In this document: one piece after another, positions 25,101 through 37,419 of the stretch
Layout: every line of letters begins with the position of its first letter
How positions within the stretch are numbered: position 1 is the stretch's first letter
DNA from: Octopus vulgaris
Taxonomy: Eukaryota
Assembly: GCA_951406725.2 (NCBI GenBank)
Contig: OX597827.1
Span: forward strand, 53,754,001 to 53,818,000
Length of the DNA stretch: 64,000 nucleotides
Direction of reading: 5' to 3'
Made by a program: the position numbers and the translations under genes
Notes under the pieces: model-generated
Told to the model about the DNA's origin: nothing
Databases searched by the model: none
The model's input: the letters and a program-made list of their open reading frames with translations, nothing else

Positions 25101-25592
25101 CGTGCTAAACAACAGCAGCAAAAATAAATATATAAATACAGTGCTGCAAAGTGAAGTGAGCAATATTGTGCGAGATGGCAGTGGGCTCCTCAAGAAACAT
25201 TCTCTTCCTGATAATCTCCTATACAGCCCTAAAACAGCAGGGCTCTGTTACCTCTGAGAAGACATGGATATAAAGCACTCAGCATACAGAAAAAAAAAAG
25301 ACAATGCATAAGTATGCTGCTCGGAAGCTTGAAGAAGACAGAATTGACACGAAGCGCAGCCTCTTTTGGACACAAGACTACTACATGACATCACACTTTG
25401 AGGGATGTGCGTTTGCAATCCGGGAACAGGAGATTGCCACAGAGTACCTGGTGAACAAGAGAGACAGTGACGCTCTTGTAATCCCAAGGTGCAACCGCAT
25501 GTGTAGGCTATGTCATATTTCTGTGGAAGACATCACGCACGTGATTAGCCGTTGTCCTAAAATATCGTAACCTCCCTATGCAGCACGATGTG
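22151..25592 (+). mobile_element. R4/Dong-clade non-LTR retrotransposon, near full-length but decayed and 3'-truncated
   Basis: Fragments WTQQLNQDLLRCY..GYMKRLKEYW, GKALGRDLIVGYWYK, NYRPIACL, GIF(Q)xDSLS..F.LALNPLS, FFVDDLKIYA, YKYLG, FAIREQEIAT and CRLC....EDITHVISRC, then PMQHD (RHD-like). Confidence 0.85.
23700..23928 (-). mobile_element. SINE-A with Tx1-type tail inserted in the R4/Dong element
   Basis: TSD TCAGACTGATATACC at 23685-23699 and 23929-23943. Confidence 0.92.
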
Positions 25593-25609
25593 TGTCACGC
25601 TCTGAGCGA

Positions 25610-25890
25610 GAGAGACAAACTCCAGCGCTCAATCACTTTCAGATTATTATCTTTTTGGTCACTCTCCAACAGTCTGCAAGGTGTTTCGTTCAACAAGGAC
25701 GTAGAGCTGAAAACTTGACTCGATGAATTCTTCAACCCGAGACTCGGTTATTTCTACTGTTAAGATTTTGATAAACTAGTGGAACTTAACAATGAAGGAG
25801 AAATATTATTGACTGATTCGTTTTAAAGTTGTTGATGAAAATGAAGTTTTAAAATAAATGAGGAAAACGAATTTTTCTATCCAAAATGGT
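25610..25890 (+). mobile_element. mariner transposase C-terminal remnant
   Basis: Translates SDYYLFWSLSNSLQGVSFNKDVELKT*LDEFFN....FY..DFDKLVE..NNEGE, typical of sequence after the YSPDLAPSD motif. Confidence 0.75.
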
Positions 25891-26289
25891 TTTTCAACAC
25901 AATATTTACGTGCTATCATTTATATAATTTTGTGCTTCAATATCCACATTCCAACCAAAGAAAAAAAAAAAGGAATTGTTTCACAATTTCCCTAAAGTTT
26001 ATAGATTCTTACTACGTCAAAAATATATAAATACGCACATGCATGCATTCATACATACATACATACATACATACATACATACATACATACATACATACAT
26101 ACATACATACATACATACATACATACATACATTACATACATATGCACACGTGCAAAGATATTTCCAAATCGCTGTGCTCACTCTTTATAACCACAGCTTG
26201 AGTAAGCTGAGGGTCTGCCATTATTATTTTCTGAAACAAAGATTATAAGGAGTTAGTAAAGATTATAAGGAGTTAGCGAAAACTGCTTT

Positions 26290-26390
26290 TAGTGTGTAAA
26301 CTGCAAACAGATGCATAGCTCGGGAAGTGAGAAAGACTTTTATGTTTCGAGCCTACGCTCTTCAACAGAAAGGAACACAGAAATAAACAT
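26290..26390 (-). mobile_element. PLE terminal-repeat fragment with the same hammerhead-like motif (26337-26372)
   Basis: TTTCGAGCCTACGCTCTTCAACAGAAAGGAACAC, near-identical to 17014-17047. Confidence 0.7.
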
Positions 26391-26469
26391 ATATTGTCAG
26401 TAGTTCATATATCCGGAAAAAAATGTACTCTAAAACATCAACCTTCTAAATATGTGTGTGTGTGTGTGT

Positions 26470-26601
26470 GTAGCAAGAAACACATAGTTACGGGTTCAGT
26501 CCCACTGCGTGGCACCTTGGGCGAGTATCTTTTACTCGAGCCGACCAAAGCTTTGTGAGTGGATTTGGTAGACGGAATCTGAAAGAAGCCTGTCGTGTAT
26601 G

Positions 26602-26645
<44 letters not shown>

Positions 26646-26802
26646 TCCTCTACCATCAACTGACAAGCGATGTTGGCGTGTTTCTGTAACGTAGTAGCTC
26701 GGCAAAAGCACCGATAAGTACTAGGTTTACAAGTCTTCGACTAAAAATAACCCTTTTAAGGCGGTGCTTCAGTATGGCCGCTGTCAAATGACTGAGACAA
26801 GA
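26470..26802 (+). mobile_element. SINE family B, degenerate
   Basis: GGGTTCAGTCCCACTGCGTGGCACCTTGGG, (TG)n, family tail. Confidence 0.8.
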
Positions 26803-26814
26803 ATATCAGCTACT

Positions 26815-26861
<47 letters not shown>

Positions 26862-26954
26862 GGGGGGGGGGGTATCGCAAAAAGAAGCACACTCTAAAAC
26901 ATTAACCCTCTAAATATATGTGTGAGTGTGTACATACATACATACATACATAAC

Positions 26955-27129
26955 AGGAGTGGCTATGTGCTAAGTAGTTTGCATACCAGCCACATGATTC
27001 CGGGTTCACTCCCACAGTGTAGCATCTTGGGCAAGTGTCTTCTACTATAACCTCGGGCCGACCAAAGCCTTGTGAGTAGATTTGGTAGACGGAAACTGAA
27101 TGAAACCTCTCGTATATATATGTGAGTGA

Positions 27130-27169
<40 letters not shown>

Positions 27170-27365
27170 TTGTCCACTCCCCAACATCGTTTAACACCCA
27201 ATGCTGGTGTATTTACAACCCCGTAACCTGGCGGTTCAGCAAAGAGACCGATAGATTAAGTATAGGCTTACAAAGAATAAGTCCTGGGGTCGATTTACTC
27301 GACTAAAGGCGGTGCTCCAGCACGGGCGCAGTCAAATGACTGAAACAGGTAAAAGAATAAAAGAA
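26955..27365 (+). mobile_element. SINE family B, full-length
   Basis: Head, (TG)n and tail as in 19668-20085. Confidence 0.88.
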
Positions 27366-27490
27366 ATATGAATATACATATAAAATATGTATATGTTTAT
27401 ATATATATAATAAATATACACACGCACACATACATCGCACCCATATACCCTTACACGCGCACACACACACATACATATAATTTCTTACAC

Positions 27491-27545
<55 letters not shown>

Positions 27546-27973
27546 ATATACATATATATTTGTATACGCGTGTTTTTGTGTGTTCGTTCTTTTTTTTCTG
27601 TTTAATGAAAACAAAGACGTGTACGAAAATTTGTAAATGGCTTTACATGATGCTCATCAAAAGCACTAAGTAACTTATTAATTACTATTGTATATTTTTA
27701 ATGCTAATCCCACTTATTGTCTAGTAGGTATTCACAATCCTACAATAAGTGAGAGGGGTGCTATTCTTCTTTGTCTTAACCCTTATAAATTTAATATTCT
27801 GCAATAATGCCGGGGCCTCGTACATTTACTTACATTTGTGAATTGGCCATAAGTTTCTTTTTCACTTTGATAGTTCCGCATTACGGTGCCTTTTTTTTTT
27901 TTTGTCTTTTCTCTTATGCTAGCGATCTTCCAAATATTGTAGTAAGCATTTTGCAACACAAACACAGACACAC

Positions 27974-28040
<67 letters not shown>

Positions 28041-31000
28041 AGCTATAAAATCATGGTAACTACTTTTATTTCTTCCTCTTACACTCCATATTTTATTCAG
28101 TAATGGAAGTGTTCGTCATGCGATATGTACGAATAAAAATTAATGATAATAAAAAAAAACTAAAGCGGAAGAAAGAAGACTTTAATAGCCACAGAAATGT
28201 TTGCATAAGAAGTAGGTAGAACGATTTTTAGAGGTAAAGGCCTGTAAGAATACAGAAATTCACTCCACTTGCCATAAATCAATTATGAATAAACAAAGAG
28301 GAAGGAGAGACTGCAAAAGGCAATAACGTTACTGGCACTCTTTTATATTTGAACTGCTAAATCTCGCTGAACATCTTTTAATTTACTGCTATCATTTAAT
28401 TAGCTTGATAAAATGGATTGTATTTTAAATATAGTAAGAAAACAAATGTCTTTTCTAAACTGACTATGCTTCCTAGCTTCATTGTTTGTATAACGCTAAA
28501 TAAAAAGAAGAAAAACAAAGAATGATTGATTAAATTAAAAGGCATAGCGAACTAAAGGTTACTGCATATCTTCCTCTCCCACAATTTTTCTACTTCTTAC
28601 TCTGTTCTGCTCAGCAAAGAGGGTGTATCACACGTTTTCACCGGTCTCGCAGCTTGAATTATAGATGCGTGTTCCTTTCACATCGCTTAAATTAACCTAC
28701 ATTTCTCCTTTCATAACCAACTACATGAACGTAAGAGACTTTATTTGTTAATTCTATTTCCTCTTGTGATTGTATCTGTATTATTGAATCATTCAATTTA
28801 CAAGTGACCTCGTGAAATCTGCTTCGAGCTATTTTTCATCTTTTTTGTAGCTGCAAAAATAGATTGTTCCAGTTACCTCCCTTCACTTAGAATGAATTAA
28901 ATTACTAAAATCAATTTCAATAGAATTCATTTGTCAAAATTAAAGGTTCTTATCTAATTATTTATTATTTCAAACAAACCACTTGAAATGTATTTATATT
29001 TTTTTATATTTCTACTGCCTTCCACTAGATTAGATATACTGATCGGCAAATAATACACATATGGAAAATAGCATAGAGTAAGAAAAAGATTTGCTGTGTG
29101 GTATTTATAAAATACCAGATAAAAGTGTAAAGTAAATTCTAAAAAAAATTTTTTTAATGGGGAAAAGGTACTGCAAAAAATGTTTTTTAATTAAAAAATA
29201 AAAACTGGTTATAAAATAACCAAATGCTAACGATTAAAAAAAATCTATATATGATATATCGAAGCAGTTCCGAAAATATAGTTTTACAAATGAAATGAAA
29301 TGTCGGTATTTCCTTACTTATATAGCATTTGCATAAAAAGTGGATAGAATAGTTTTTAAAAAGTCAAACTAATAACTCATATCCAAAATATATATTTAAT
29401 TTTGTTCCAGTCACATTTAAAAACCATTTTAATCTCACTTGTATAATGTATACTACGTGTTTAAATTTCTGAATTTCTTATTAGCTATCTTTCTTTTATC
29501 TAATATAAGTGTTGGTATTACGTTTGGCCTCACATTCGCACTTCCGTTCTGACTGCAAATTAAATAATGGTTTGGAAAATAGCACACTTATTAATATAAA
29601 CATTTTTTAACAATGAACCCACATATAAACTTCTTCGGTGTAACCTGAAAATAATCGCCAATTTCGTTACGACCTCTTAATCACGTTTATTTTACTGTCT
29701 AGAGTGGATTGGTATAATATATATATACATATATATATGCAGTTTATATTTTTATTTTTGACATAAGTTGTCTTATTTCAATATACTTTTTTTTTCTTCA
29801 ATTTCCTTTTGTTGCAGTACAATTTACGACGCATGCTTAGTAGTTTTCCGTAAGGTTAAAAAAAATTCGCATAATTTCTTTCAATATTATCCATATATTT
29901 TCGCTACGAATAAATGATTACCTTTCGAGAGAAACCTACCAATCGAATAGATGTGTTTATTCATTCAAATATTCAATAGCAATCCCATTATTGCAATCTA
30001 TTGACTAAATATGCATAGTAATTGACTACCTTGTATTGTACATGAAGTAGTCACTGTAAACAAGATTATAATGAGTGTGCTTTAAATTTCTATAAATACA
30101 TTTATGATCATATCAAATACAAGCTAACTAAGCTTCAGGAAATTCTTAACAGATATGTTTATAATGTAAATCATATCAAATGAAATCATCATAATTTAGT
30201 CCACTTTCTTTAATTTGTTTAGTTGCCAGCCAACTTTATGTGAGAACGTGGTTCGGATTGTTCCTACACTCTTCGGAAAAGGAGGAAAGAAAAATAATGT
30301 GGAACTTGAGAGCTGAATACTTCTACCTTTCCTTTCTTTTCTATCAATCTTGACATACATAGTCCACATTTAAGCAATATTATGCATAACTATAAATCTA
30401 TAGCTATATACTTGTATTTGAATATCTTAGTTGACGTAATCATTCATATACAAGATGTTACTGTATATCTGTTTTCAGACAGACGCTCTAACTTAACATT
30501 CATCTTTATTATAGTCACCCGTTTTATAGCTACATCAATCGATTGCAGATAGAAATATAGATACATTCGACAAAACATTTGAATGACTAAGAATTACACC
30601 TTTGCTATCCCCACATACATATCTTGTTTCAGTGAATGAAATCTATAAGAAGCAAATTTAATCGATGTTCTCTCTAAAGTAGAAAGCTTGACGCTATTTC
30701 AGACAGAAGTAACATGAACGCAACAGTTCAATCGACTCATTCTGTGTGAAACATAGTTTTTCCCTTCATTTATTACATACATACGTCTGCATGTGTGTGT
30801 GTATTAGTATTTGTACATATGTGTATGGATATGCATGTGTGTGTATGTGTATAAATATATATATATATATATATATATTTACATATATATATACATATAT
30901 ATATATATGCATCCATGTAATCAGCAAGTCAACTAGCAGTTTAACTGGCTTGTTTCAATATTCATAATCTTATAAATTATACGTTTCATAAATTCAATAT

Positions 31001-32192
31001 ACTTCATAAATTCATCTCTTCTAAAATGATCAAATAAAATACAATATTTGAAACAGCTGGGTGAATGGGTGGGGGTATAGCTGAGGTAATTTCAACAGCA
31101 GAAAGCCTATTCTAGCTTATAACAATTTCCAAAATACTTCTTTACAACTACAGTGGAAATTTTGTTACAAATACGTTGAGACGACTACAGGCTTAACACA
31201 TATAAGACATATTGCATATTATGTTGGAAACAGCTCCAAGAAATTTAGGAAAATAGACAATGGTATTTGATTGTTGTTTGGGTGGTGGGATTAAGGGCAT
31301 TGGAAATAAATAAAATGCATCCAATAATTCTTTAGGTCTTTGTACTTTTAGGTGGTGGAAGTATTAAATTGTATAAGCTAATGTTTAAGATTGCTTAGCT
31401 ATCAGAGCACTTGCTTTGCAAATAAATTGTACATATATTGCACAGGCACATACACACACACCACCACCACACACGCGTATGTGTTTATGTATGGACAATG
31501 CACAGTGGTTTTCTTTAATGATTCTTACTGAGAGATGGCCAATAGATTCTCTAAATTAGTCACAGGAAGGAATTGGTAAGTTCTCTAAGGGACATAATCT
31601 ATTATAAAGTGAAGCTAATGAATATAACCGTAAAAAAAGTATTTCTAGCTTTTGTGCAGAAAGGCTAGGGCTAAGTTCAGCGGAAAATGAGATTTTTAAA
31701 CCCATCATTAATGTATGTGATGTGTCTTCAGTCAAGAAGCAGAGGGTTATTTTTACTGCTAGAACAATTAATGACTAGAAACAGGTATGTTTGGTTTGCA
31801 GGTAGTGTATCACCATACACTGAATTAGATACACTATTTTATAATATAAATTAGTTGGAAAAAGAGGTTCACTAGTAGACAGGTTGTGTGAAATATTAAG
31901 ACAAAGTATGTGAAAACTGGTAGAAAACTCACTTGGTTCCTACAGTAAGAATTAACAATTACTTTTCTGGTGTGGACAGTGGTCATGACACCAAATCAGA
32001 AGTCATTGAGATAGCAACAACATTGAAAAGAACTCCAATCTTTGTATAAGCTGACATAGTTTTGGGGTTACAATGTAAATTTTGTTGAAGTAGACCCTAT
32101 ATAGGGTCTACTTCAAAGAAAGAAGATGATCAAATGCTTAGGTCAATGATTCTTGACCTTTTTTGTCCCACATTTTGATTATCAAAAAACAG

Positions 32193-33406
32193 ATCATCAT
32201 CATCATCATCATATCATTGTTTAATATCCATTTCCCATGCTGGCATGGGTTGAATGGTTTAACAGTAACTGGCCAGCCAGAGAGCTGTCCAGACTCCAAC
32301 TGTCTGTTGTGGCATAGTTTCTACAGTTGGATGCCCCTTCCTGATGCCAGTCACTTTACAGAGTGTGTTGGGTGCTTTTACATGCCGCGGGCACAGGTGC
32401 ATTTTAAGTGGCACCAGCACCTATAAAGGACATATCTGTATGTATGGATGACAGTAATTTTACTTAGCTTGACGCATCTTCTCAAGTACAGCAAATCACC
32501 ACAATCCCCAGTCCCTTGTCATTTCCTCAGTGAGGGTCAGCATCTGAAGATCCTTTCCCACCACTTTACCCCATGCCTTCCTGGGTTTACTCCTTCCACA
32601 ATTAGAGCTTGTCACTTCTTTATGCAACTGTCCTCATCCATATACATGGCCTTCTCTCTTACGCACAACATTTGATGCCTCTTGTACCCAGTTTCCCTCT
32701 AAAATCATGTACAATCAGTGTGTGCACACTGATTTTACCCATCCATTGGAGCATGCTAGCTTAATTTCTTTCAAGCCTTCACAAGTCCTCTGTAGTCAAA
32801 GTCCATGGTAGAAGCTTTCTGAACTTTGCCCAACCCATTCTTACTCTAGCAACTGCACTTTCAGAACTTCCTCAACTGCTAACTTGGGCGCCTAGGTAAC
32901 ACCCCACCCACCCCAGCATTTGATGTGTGTATTGTCTACATTTTTGTGCTTATTGTACCCACACATTTTCCACAAACAAAGACTATTTTCTCTGTTAACC
33001 TTCCTATGGTACCACTACACCTCTTATGTGTCCAAAGCTTGCACTGATTACAATGAATGGAGTTTTTACCAACATCCTTCTTACATATCAAGAAGGGCCA
33101 TCTCTCTGAAGGGACTTGTGATATGTCTGTTTTCCTATTTACTAGGACTTTGGTTTTTGCTAAATTAACTCTAAGGCCCTTAGATTCTAGGCCTTGCTTC
33201 TGCATATGAAATTTCTTTTCTAGGTCAGCTATAAGAAGAAGGTTATCAGCATAGAGGAACTCTCAGGAGCAGCCAGGCTTTACTTCCTCTGTTAAAGCCT
33301 GGGGGACTAAGATATAGACAAGAGGAGTTTGAGAACTGAACCCTTGGTGAACTCCTACTTGTACACTGAATTCACTGCTATACTTGTTGCCAACCTTCAC
33401 CTTACC
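32193..33406 (-). mobile_element. RTE-clade LINE, decayed 3' part
   Basis: GLESKGLRVNLAKTKVL, C..C..WTHKRCS and VGVHQGSVL; (GAT)n tail at 32193-32211. Confidence 0.85.
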
Positions 33407-33668
33407 TTGTGAGTGGATTTGGTAGACGGAAACTGAAAGAATCCTGTTGAATATATGTATATATATTGATGTGTTTGTGTGTGTTTGTTCCCATCACCAC
33501 TTAACAACTAGTGCGGGTTTGTTAACAGCAAAAGAGACCAATAGAATAAGTACCTGCCTTACAAAAACTAAGTACAGGGGTTGATACATTTAACTAATAA
33601 GGTTCTTCAAGGTGGTGCCTCAGCATAGCCACAGTCTAATAACTAAAACAAATAAAAGATAAAAGATA
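33405..33668 (+). mobile_element. SINE family B, 5'-truncated
   Basis: CCTTGTGAGTGGATTTGGTAGACGGAAACTGAAAG followed by the family tail. Confidence 0.75.
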
Positions 33669-33689
33669 TATATAGGAATATATATATAT

Positions 33690-36642
33690 ATCACATGGTC
33701 AGAGATTTAGGGACATCCTCATCAAGAAATTTTAGGAGAGGGAAGAGGAGCTACAGACATTGGACTTAGAAGGTAGCTGGAAATTCCTATGGGACAGCTT
33801 GCTGAGTGCCACAGACAAAGTCTGTGGATGGTGCAAATTTCCTTCCAGACCTAGAGTTATGTGGTGGTGGAATAGTACGGTAGACAAAGCCATTAGAGCA
33901 AAGAAACAGGTCTGGAAAGCCTGGACAGGTGGGGGTAGCAGGGAACTGTACCAGGTAGCCAAAAGGAGGCTGGGTGGCAGGTATACATAGCCAAGAGCAT
34001 AGCGGAAAAGAAGAAGTTTGCCAATGTCCAGTGACGTGAGGACCAAAGAACTGAGGTATTTCAGATTGCAAAACAGTGTGTGAGAGAAAATTGTGATGTC
34101 ACAGGAGAGAAATGTTTCCACATGGATGATGGTGTACTTGCTTTTAATGATTCTGAAAAGAAAGAGGCTTGGAGAAGCCATTATGGAAGACTGCTGAATG
34201 TGGAGAATGAATGGGAGGAGGAGAGGCAGCCAAATGTTGACCCAGTAGAAGGACTAGCTATCCGAATAGACAGCTCCCTAGTAGATAAAGTAATTAAGGA
34301 TATGAAGCCAGGAAAAGCCCCTGGCCCATCAGGAATCACAGCTGAGATGCTTAAAACATCTGGTGGTGTGGGCTATGGCCTAGTCACCTGCATTTTAAAC
34401 TAGGTACTTCATGATGGAGTCATACCCAACGACTGGTGTAGCAGCACCATAGTCAACTGCTACAAGGGTAAAAGTGATGCTCTAGATAGAAATAACTACA
34501 GGGGTATCAAACTGCTGGATCAGATGATGAAGGTCACGGAGAGGGTCATAGCCCATCTCACCAGGGAGAGAGTCTGCTTAGATGAGATGCAGTTCTGTTT
34601 TGTGCCGGGTAGAAGCACCACTGATGCCATATACCTGGTTTGACAACTGCAGGAGAAATACCTAGCTAAAGATAAACCCCTATACTTAGCTTTTGTAGAC
34701 TTGGAGAAAGCCTTTGACTGGGTCCCCTGATCCCTTATCTGGTGGGCGATGCGGAAACTGGAGATTGACAAATGGTTAATAAGGGCTGTACAGGCCCTTT
34801 ACAGAGAGGCTGTTAGTAAAGTTAGAATTGGCAATGAGTATAGTGAAGAATTCCGGGTAGAAGTAAGGGTTCACCAAGGTTCAGCCCACAGTCCCCTTTT
34901 ATTCATCATAGTCCTCCAGGCAATAACAGAGGAATTCAAGATGGGTTGCCTCTGGGAGCTCCTCTATGCTGATAACCTGGCCCTCATAGCAGAATCAGTA
35001 CCGGAACTAGAAAAGAAATTTCGTATGTGGAAGCTAGGTTTAGAATCAAAAGGCCTTAGTGTCAATGTAGCAAAGACCAAAGTTCTAGTAAGTAGGAAGG
35101 TGAACTCACCACACACCCCTTCAGGTAGATGGCCCTGCTCGATCTGTAGAAAAGGTGTTGGTAGAAACTCAATAAGATGTGCCCAGTGTAAGCTATGGAC
35201 AGATAAGAGGTTCAGCAACATCAAAGGAAGATAGCTTTCATGCGCGACAGATGCACAGGGGCAATAGACACCACAGATACTCAGAAAACCGATTCCATCA
35301 CACTCCAAGGAGAGAAACTAGAAGTAGTGGTGGGAGTGGATGCTCAGAAAGTGTTACCACTAGAATAAGAATAGCCTGGGCAAAGTTTAGAAAGCTTCTT
35401 CCTCTATTGGTGACAAAGGGTCTCTCGCTCAGAGTGAAAGGTAGATTGTATGACACATGTGAGCAAATTGCCATGCTTCACGGCAGTGAAACATGGGCTG
35501 TGACTGCGGAGGACATGCGTAGGCTCGAAAGAAATGAAGTTAGCATCATCTGCTGGATGTGCAATGTCAATGTGCATGCACGACAGAGTGTAAGCATCCT
35601 GAGATAAATGTTGGACATAAGAAGCATCAGATGTGATGTGCAGGAGAGACATTTGCGTTGGTATAGTCATGTACTACTGATGGATGAGGAGAGATGTGTG
35701 AAGAAGTGCCACTCCCAAACTGTCAAAGGAATCCAGGATAGGGGTCGGCCCATGAAGACATGGATGAGGTAGTCAAGCATGACCTTCGAACGTTGGGCCT
35801 CACAGAGGCTATAACAAAAGACCGAGACCTCTGGAGATATTTTTTTTTTTAAAGACTCCGCCGGTTACGACGACGAAGGTCCCAGCTGATACGATCAACG
35901 GAACAGCTTGCTCGCGAAATTAACGTGCAAATGGCTGAGCATTCCACAGACACGTGTACCCTTAACGTAGTTCTCGGGGATAATCAGTGTGACACAGAGA
36001 GTGACAAGGCTGACCCTTTGAAATACAAGTACAACTCATTTTTGCCAGCTGAGTGGACTGGAGCAACGTGAAATAAAGTGTCTTGCTCAAGGACACAACG
36101 CGTCGCCGGGAATCGAGCTCACAACCTTACGATCATGAGCCGAATGCCCTAACCACTAAGCCACGCGCCCTCACTCTGGAGATATACTGTGATTGCGAAG
36201 ACCTGACAAATCAAGTGAGTTCATTACTCGCAGGATGGCCTGCTGCACTAACCTTGGATCGTAGGGTGACCTGCTGTGCTTGAGGAGACCTATTGCGTCA
36301 AGTACATCAACATCAAAATAAAAGTCAAATGGAAATTATAGTTGTGATACTTGTGCCGGTGGCATGTATAAAGCACCATCCGAATGTGGCCGATGCCAGC
36401 ACTGCCTTGACTGGCATCCATGCCAGTGACACGTAAAAAAAGCACCAACCAATCATGGCTATTTGCCAGCCTTCTCTGGCTCTTGTGCCAGTGGCATGTA
36501 AAAAGCACCCACTACATTCATGGAGTGGTTGGCGTTAGGAAGGGCATCCAGCTGAAGAAACACTGCCAGATCAGACTAGAGCCTGGTGCAGCCTCCTGGC
36601 TTCCCAGACCCCAGTGGAAAACAGACATTAAATGATGATGAT
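33690..36642 (+). mobile_element. RTE-clade LINE (RT and 3' UTR), decayed, interrupted by SINE-C
   Basis: GKAPGPSGITAEML, NYRGIKLL, STTDAI, FVDLEKAFD, VHQGSA.SP.LF, LLYADNL and HGSETW; repeat-rich 3' UTR ending in (GAT)n. Confidence 0.9.
35841..36173 (-). mobile_element. SINE family C, full-length with A-tail
   Basis: 12-bp TSD CTCTGGAGATAT (35829-35840, 36174-36185). Head (rc) GGGCGCGTGGCTTAGTGGTTAGGGC...GCTCGATTCCCGG; CORE-like TTGTGTCCTTGAGCAAGACACTTTATTTCAC. Confidence 0.9.
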
Positions 36643-36692
36643 GGGGATATACATATATATATATATATATTATTAGTTTTCTATATATATAT

Positions 36693-37105
36693 AGGCACAG
36701 GCGTGGTTTTGTAGCAAGAAGCTGGCTTCCCAACCACATGATTCCAGGTTCAGTCCCACTGTGTGGCACCTTCAGCCAGTGTCTTCTACTATAGGGCCAA
36801 CCAAAGCCTTGTGAGTCGATTTGGCAGATGGAAACAGAAAGAAAGCCATCGTGTGATTATGATTAAGTGTATATTTGTGTGTGTGTGTGCGTATCTCTGT
36901 TTGTACCTTTGTCATCACCTAACAATTGATGCCTTGTGTGTTTATGTCCTCATAACTTAGCGGTTTAGCAAAAGAGATTGATAGAATAAGTATTAGGCCT
37001 ACAAAGAATAAGTTCTGGTGCTGGATTTCTTTGACTAAAACCCTTAAGGCAGTGCTCCAGCATGAGTACAGTCAAATGACTGAAACAAGTAAAATAATAA
37101 AAGAA
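36693..37105 (+). mobile_element. SINE family B
   Basis: Family head and tail present. Confidence 0.82.
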
Positions 37106-37117
37106 TACACACACATG

Positions 37118-37154
<37 letters not shown>

Positions 37155-37375
37155 GTATATGTAAATATATATATTTATATGTATGTGTATGTAAATATAT
37201 ATATATATATATTATATATTGGTTTTCTATATATATGTGTATATGTATATATTATGTATGTAGGTATGTGTATATATATGTATATGTATGTAGGTATATG
37301 TATGTATGTGTATATATATGTTTATGTACGTATGTATGTATATATATATGTGTGTGTGTGTGTGTGTGCATGTAT

Positions 37376-37419
<44 letters not shown>

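Noticed and set aside
29522-29552. Possible 31-nt minus-strand microexon
   Set aside because: Weak donor (GTAATA) and no compatible partner exons found.
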